Assembly: GCA_020441795.1 (NCBI GenBank)
Contig: JAGRLM010000088.1
Location: forward strand, 930 to 48,529
Length of the DNA: 47,600 nt
Direction: 5' to 3'
DNA from: Nitratireductor sp.
Lineage (GTDB): Bacteria > Pseudomonadota > Alphaproteobacteria > Rhizobiales > Rhizobiaceae
The number at the start of each line of letters is the position of its first letter. Positions within the stretch are counted from its first letter, which is position 1. Made by a program: the position numbers and the translations under genes. Below the pieces are notes generated by a model that had not been told where the DNA came from, ran no database searches, and saw nothing but the letters and a program-made list of their open reading frames with translations. Shown here piece by piece: positions 43,801 through 47,600 of this stretch.

Positions 43801-44471
43801 AGCGAAAACTCACCGCTGCGGGCGAATCGCCGCTCCATCCGTGCTGCAAGGAAGCTGACGAACGAGATGAAGAAGAAATACATCAGTGCCACGACCGTGA
43901 ACACTTCAAGCGGCCGGAAGGTCTTTTGCGCTACCTCATTCGCCTGAAACAGAAGATCGGCATAGGAAACGGTTGCCACCAGCGTGGTCGTTTTCATCAA
44001 TTCGATCGAGCGTTCCATCATCGACGGGAACATCCGCTTGACGGCCTGCGGCAGGATGATCCGCCGCATGCACTGATTGTGGCTCATGCCAATGGCGCTC
44101 GCCGCCTCCCATTGGCCACGTTCGATCGACACGATTCCGGCACGGAAGATTTCTGCAAAGAACGCGCCGCTCTGGATCGTGAAGGTGAGTGCTGCTGCCA
44201 GGAATGGCGTCATCTCCACTGCCAGGATGATCGGCAGCCCGAAATAGAACCAGAACAACTGCACCAGAGGTGGCGTTGTGCGAAACACCTCGATGACAAT
44301 GCCGGCCGGCATCGAAAGCCATCGTTTCGGGGAAAGTCGCGCCAGTGCCAGCAACAGGCCGGCGACCAGACCGCCCGAAAGGGCAGTCGCGGTCAGGATC
44401 AGTGTGTTGCGGAAACCGGCCAGAAGCAGGCCGCTTTCCGAAAACACTGGCGCGAAATTCCACTCATACAT
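43797..44471 (-). CDS. Polar amino-acid ABC permease (HisQ/GlnP-like)
   Basis: Paralog of the adjacent permease, with loop EAASAIGMSHNQCMRRIILPQA. Confidence 0.9.
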   Translation of the reverse strand: MYEWNFAPVFSESGLLLAGFRNTLILTATALSGGLVAGLLLALARLSPKRWLSMPAGIVIEVFRTTPPLVQLFWFYFGLPIILAVEMTPFLAAALTFTIQSGAFFAEIFRAGIVSIERGQWEAASAIGMSHNQCMRRIILPQAVKRMFPSMMERSIELMKTTTLVATVSYADLLFQANEVAQKTFRPLEVFTVVALMYFFFISFVSFLAARMERRFARSGEFSL

Positions 44472-44483
44472 GGGCGACGACCC

Positions 44484-45317
44484 TTACAGACGTTCCTTGA
44501 TGATCGCCGGTGCGGTTGTCGCATCAAGGCCGAAACCCGTCAGGAACTCTTCATACCATGTCTGGATCTGGCCGGACTCGTACCACTGCTTCAACTGGCC
44601 ATCGGCAAAGGCAACGAATTCGGCATCCCCCTTGCGGACGGCTGCGCTTGTGGCATTCGACTTCGCCGGTGTCGGCACAACGATCTTGCCGCGTCCTAGA
44701 TTCTTGCGCGCAGCAATCAGCGGCGGATGGAATAGGCACACCGCATCGACACGACCGGACTGAAATGCCGCGATGGCTTCGGTGTTGCCCGGGAAGCGCT
44801 GGATTTCGGCATTGGCAACATTCTCAGTGAGGAACTTGTCCATGCTGGTGGCCTGCGGAACCGAGATCTTGATGCCAGCCTTGTTCAGGTCTTCCCATGT
44901 AGAGACCGCAAGATCGTCCTTGGCCAGAACGGCGAGCGAGTAGTAGAGCAGTGGCGATTCGGGGAAGTCCGCGGCCTGCTTGCGTTCGTCCGTTGCATCC
45001 AGCACGAACATGATGTCGATCTTGTTGCTCTGAAGTGCAGCGACCGCTGTTCCCCAGGTCACCTCGACCGGCTCGAACTTGACGCCGAGTGCTTCCGCCA
45101 TCGCCTTGCCGGCGGAGACGCCGACCCCCGATTTCCATTCGCCGCTGGCTGGATCCTTCGAGTACCACGGTGGTGCCTGTGTGACACCGACGCGAAGCGA
45201 TCCGCGCGCCTTGATCTCTTCCATTGATCCGGCAGCAAGTGCTGGAAGTGCCGGCATGCCGGCTGAAATAGTGGCAACACCTGCCAGAATATTGAACTGT
45301 CTGCGGTTGATTTTCAT
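44484..45317 (-). CDS. Periplasmic amino-acid-binding protein (family 3)
   Basis: ATG 45317 gives MKINRRQFNILAGVATISAGMPALPALAAGS, a Tat-like/Sec leader. The mature part has PBP type II features. Confidence 0.85.
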   Translation of the reverse strand: MKINRRQFNILAGVATISAGMPALPALAAGSMEEIKARGSLRVGVTQAPPWYSKDPASGEWKSGVGVSAGKAMAEALGVKFEPVEVTWGTAVAALQSNKIDIMFVLDATDERKQAADFPESPLLYYSLAVLAKDDLAVSTWEDLNKAGIKISVPQATSMDKFLTENVANAEIQRFPGNTEAIAAFQSGRVDAVCLFHPPLIAARKNLGRGKIVVPTPAKSNATSAAVRKGDAEFVAFADGQLKQWYESGQIQTWYEEFLTGFGLDATTAPAIIKERL

Positions 45318-45381
45318 GTGATCCTCCGTGTGAGCCCCTGAAACGAGCAAGGCCGGATTTCAGAATGACGATGTGAATTGT

Positions 45382-45397
45382 CGATTGTCAACAATCG
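45382..45397. promoter_or_regulatory. Palindrome CGATTGT-ca-ACAATCG; candidate GntR/FadR-type operator
   Basis: 7-bp arms read directly. It contains the GT-n-AC core typical of GntR sites and lies 65-80 nt upstream of the binding-protein start codon. Confidence 0.35.
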
Positions 45398-45475
45398 AAT
45401 TCATTGATGCTGCTGCGATGAAACTGGAAGGCCCTGCCCTGCCGTGGCACCAGCACCAGATTTGGCAAATACCGG

Positions 45476-46513
45476 CTAACCCTGATCGCGCGGTGCCGCG
45501 AGGGATTGTCGCTCCACGACATGGGTTTCGAGATTGATCTGCCTCGGTTCACTCTTGTCTCGCACCTCTGCAAGCAGCATTTCGGCAGCAAGCCTCCCCA
45601 TCTGGCGATGCGGAACATGAACGGTTGTCAGTGCCGGCGAGACGATTGTTGCCAATTCGATATCGTCAAAACCGGTGATCGACACGTCCCCTGGGACATC
45701 AAGTCCCATCTCCTGCGCAGCCTTTATTGCGCCAACGGCCAACACATCATTGCCGCACATGACGAGCGTTGGTTTCGGGTCTGCAGCCATGATCGTTGCA
45801 AAGGCATCCTGTCCGCACTGGATTGAATATTTGGTTTCGACAAGCGGCATTGCATCTGCGTCCAGACCTGCATCCCGCAACGCCGCCCTGGCCCCGGCCA
45901 CGCGGTCTCGGGCGCGATCATTGCTGACGGTATGGGCGGAAATGAATGCGATGCGCCTGTGGCCAAGACTGATGGCCTTCAGCGCCAATTGGCGTGCTGC
46001 AGCCACATTGTCGAAGCCGACGCAAGAACGTCCCGCAAGCGAACTGCCGGTCCAGGCGATGATAACTGGAACCTGCCGCTCTTCCAGAAACCGGTAGATT
46101 TCCGGTTTGCGATCATTGCCGATCAGGACAATGCCGTCTGCACCGCGGGCAATCATGTTGCGGATCTGGTCTTCCTCGATTTGCGGATCATAGGACGAAC
46201 TTGCCACAAGCATGGTTGCTCCGTTCGCGACAAGCACTTTCTGGAAAGCCTCGAGACCGCGGGCGAATATCGCATTTTCCATGGTTGGAATGACGGCGCC
46301 ATAGGTGTTTGTTCGCCTGGCAGCCAAAGCCCTGGCGCTGAAGTTCGGAGTATAATTCAGCGCCCGAACCGTTTCCATGACGCGTAGCCGCGTGGCCTCG
46401 GTCACCTGGTTGGGAAAATTGAGCGTGCGCGACACTGTAGCCGTCGAAACACGGGCCTCGCGTGCAACATCCTGCAGTGTGGGCAATTCGCGATTGTAAG
46501 ATTTCGTGTCCAT
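45476..46513 (-). CDS. LacI/GalR-family transcriptional repressor
   Basis: N-terminal HTH PTLQDVAREARVSTATVSRTLN plus a periplasmic-binding-protein-like core. The start is ATG 46513 or 46525. The ORF-track start at 46894 is a long spurious extension. Confidence 0.85.
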   Translation of the reverse strand: MDTKSYNRELPTLQDVAREARVSTATVSRTLNFPNQVTEATRLRVMETVRALNYTPNFSARALAARRTNTYGAVIPTMENAIFARGLEAFQKVLVANGATMLVASSSYDPQIEEDQIRNMIARGADGIVLIGNDRKPEIYRFLEERQVPVIIAWTGSSLAGRSCVGFDNVAAARQLALKAISLGHRRIAFISAHTVSNDRARDRVAGARAALRDAGLDADAMPLVETKYSIQCGQDAFATIMAADPKPTLVMCGNDVLAVGAIKAAQEMGLDVPGDVSITGFDDIELATIVSPALTTVHVPHRQMGRLAAEMLLAEVRDKSEPRQINLETHVVERQSLAAPRDQG

Positions 46514-46586
46514 TGGTTCCGGCATTCCCGAATTGAAGCCGACGATACAGTTTTTTACCCGATACCGCAAAGATTCGGACCGAAAA

Positions 46587-46622
46587 TGTAAGCGCTTGCA
46601 TTTTGTATTGTAAGCGCTTACA
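46587..46622. promoter_or_regulatory. Two tandem LacI-family operators (TGTAAGCGCTTGCA and perfect TGTAAGCGCTTACA), centres 22 bp apart
   Basis: 46587-46600 has one arm mismatch. 46609-46622 is a perfect 14-bp palindrome, extendable to the 16-bp TTGTAAGCGCTTACAA. Both match the LacI/GalR/CcpA consensus TGnAAnCGnTTnCA. They lie between the lacI-like gene and the TRAP operon. Confidence 0.6.
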
Positions 46623-46663
46623 AATCCAACTGAGGTGCTGGAGGGCACCGATGGGAGGTCTCG

Positions 46664-46852
46664 ATGTTTCTGATACTGGCAGCGCTTTCGTTCTCGGTAT
46701 TTGTCGGCAACGTCTTTTACGGTTCCGTCAGCGGATCGTCCCCGCTCGGAAATGTGGGCGAGCTCCTTCTCCTCATGCTCGCGGCGGTCAGTTTCGTTGT
46801 TGCAATCTTGCAGGCCGAGAAGCGCCGGGACCATGGAAAATCCAAGCCTTGA
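46664..46852 (+). CDS. Small two-TM membrane protein (62 aa), hypothetical
   Basis: SD GGGAGG lies 5 nt before ATG 46664. Two hydrophobic helices and a basic tail. It is the first cistron ahead of the TRAP binding-protein gene. Confidence 0.4.
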   Translation: MFLILAALSFSVFVGNVFYGSVSGSSPLGNVGELLLLMLAAVSFVVAILQAEKRRDHGKSKP

Positions 46853-46875
46853 AATATCGAATGGGAGGAAATTCA

Positions 46876-47600
46876 ATGAAATTCGAAGATACAATGCAGT
46901 CGGCGGAGCGCCGAAATTTTCTCAAGCTGGCAAGTGCGGGAGCATTTACTGCTGCGATAGTCGCGGGAGCCGGAGGCGTGCTGTGGTCATCCGAGGCTGC
47001 TGCGCAAACGGCCAAGGAAGAGGCAGATCGCGAAGCGGCCGCCGATCACATCATGACCATCGCAACAGCCTATGTGCTGGGTGCATCGAGAAGCTACCCG
47101 ATCCTGCAGCGCGACTTCAAGGAAAACATCCAGAACGCCACCAATGGCAAGGTATATGTCAAGCTGGCACCGGGTGGTCAGCTCGGCGCAGGTGGTGCAC
47201 TGGTTCAGAAGGTTCAAAGCGGCACGATCCAGGTGGCGCAGCACTCGATTTCGAACTTCGCGCCATTCGCACCTGCGGCTGACCTGATCAATCTGCCCTA
47301 TTTCTGCGGCTCCAACCAGCGCTTCGTGAACCTGGTCAATTCCGATGCCTGGAAATCGCAGGTCCATCCGAAGGTTGAGGAAAAGGGCTTCAAGCCGCTG
47401 TTCTACATCGTCATTGATCCGCGCGTCGTCGCGGTCCGCAAGGGTGGCAATGCGGTCATCACGCCAAAGGATCTGGCAGGCGTGAAGTTCCGCGTTCCCG
47501 GTTCCGAAATGCTGCAGCAATATTATCGCATGGTTGGTGCCAACCCGACGCCGGTCGCATGGGGCGAAACGCCATCCGCGATCAAGCAGGGTGTTGCCGA
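46876..47600 (+). CDS. TRAP transporter substrate-binding protein (DctP family), N-terminal ~241 aa; continues past the window end
   Basis: Not in the ORF track because it has no stop inside the window. SD GGGAGGA then ATG 46876. The frame is open to 47600. Twin-arginine leader RRNFLKLASAGAFTAAIVAGAGG. DctP-like segments GKVYVKLAPGGQLG and GTIQVAQHSISNFAPF. Confidence 0.8.
   Translation, partial: MKFEDTMQSAERRNFLKLASAGAFTAAIVAGAGGVLWSSEAAAQTAKEEADREAAADHIMTIATAYVLGASRSYPILQRDFKENIQNATNGKVYVKLAPGGQLGAGGALVQKVQSGTIQVAQHSISNFAPFAPAADLINLPYFCGSNQRFVNLVNSDAWKSQVHPKVEEKGFKPLFYIVIDPRVVAVRKGGNAVITPKDLAGVKFRVPGSEMLQQYYRMVGANPTPVAWGETPSAIKQGVA

Noticed and set aside
43926-44699. 257-aa plus-strand ORF.
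   Set aside because: It is antisense to the amino-acid permease and binding-protein genes.
46513-46894. Long N-terminal extensions offered by the ORF track: LacI gene to 46894, aminotransferase to 42508, AraC to 18447, EF-hand gene from 10191, membrane gene from 20591, second permease from 2925.
   Set aside because: In each case an internal start with a Shine-Dalgarno sequence, or a stop-start overlap, gives the normal family N-terminus. The extension overlaps a neighbouring gene or intergenic promoter DNA.
1-47600. Whole-window scan for CRISPR arrays, tRNA/rRNA/tmRNA/SRP-like conserved cores, prophage genes and known defence-system domains.
   Set aside because: I saw no regularly spaced repeats, no T-loop/anticodon-arm arrangements outside coding context, and no ORFs with nuclease, helicase or defence-type motifs. 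A proper tRNAscan/Infernal/defence-HMM run would be needed to exclude them formally.

Overview
The window is densely coding, GC-rich DNA with Rhizobiales-style (alphaproteobacterial) gene content. The taxon is inferred from gene content only. I support about 46 protein-coding genes or gene remnants.

Gene content, left to right:
- 1-7.7 kb: one tightly coupled operon. It holds a Liv-type ABC importer, a PheA/TfdB-type FAD hydroxylase, a hydroxyquinol-type intradiol dioxygenase and a DUF849/BKACE enzyme.
- 7.9-8.4 kb: a decayed gene.
- 8.4-14.2 kb: an EnvZ/OmpR-like two-component pair, a secreted two-EF-hand protein and a DevB/DevC/DevA-type ABC exporter.
- 14.5-16.7 kb: a membrane protein, a YCII (DGPF) protein and a long ECF42-like sigma factor.
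- 16.9-26.3 kb: an 8.8 kb block bracketed by IS3-family transposase debris. It contains two paralogous AraC regulators, each divergent from an operon. One operon is an SDR plus four small membrane/secreted proteins, including a DUF1772 protein and a cupin. The other is a two-subunit molybdenum hydroxylase plus a frameshifted isochorismatase-family hydrolase.
- 26-27 kb: about 1 kb with no credible gene.
- 27-29.3 kb: a DUF1330 protein, a long HxlR regulator and an IMPase-family protein.
- 29.3-33.7 kb: an Fe(III)/polyamine-type ABC importer.
- 34-40.6 kb: a CadC-like wHTH-TPR regulator divergent from an operon. The operon is a secreted unknown protein, a CysK-like enzyme, a group II decarboxylase and a class III cyclase.
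- 40.7-45.3 kb: a polar amino-acid ABC importer, a class IV aminotransferase and a GntR regulator.
- 45.5-47.6 kb: a LacI regulator with two ideal operators facing a TRAP operon that runs off the window.

I found no rRNA, tRNA, CRISPR array, prophage or recognisable defence gene.

Every large ORF falls into a known family, so I cannot point to a clear-cut new system. The most promising unexplained modules are:
- the CysK-like/decarboxylase operon framed by two proteins sharing one sensor module;
- the IS-bracketed SDR/DUF1772/cupin/small-membrane-protein cassette;
- the BKACE-terminated hydroxyquinol operon;
- the two-component/EF-hand/DevBCA cluster.

All family calls come from motif recognition by eye. 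No database search was run.
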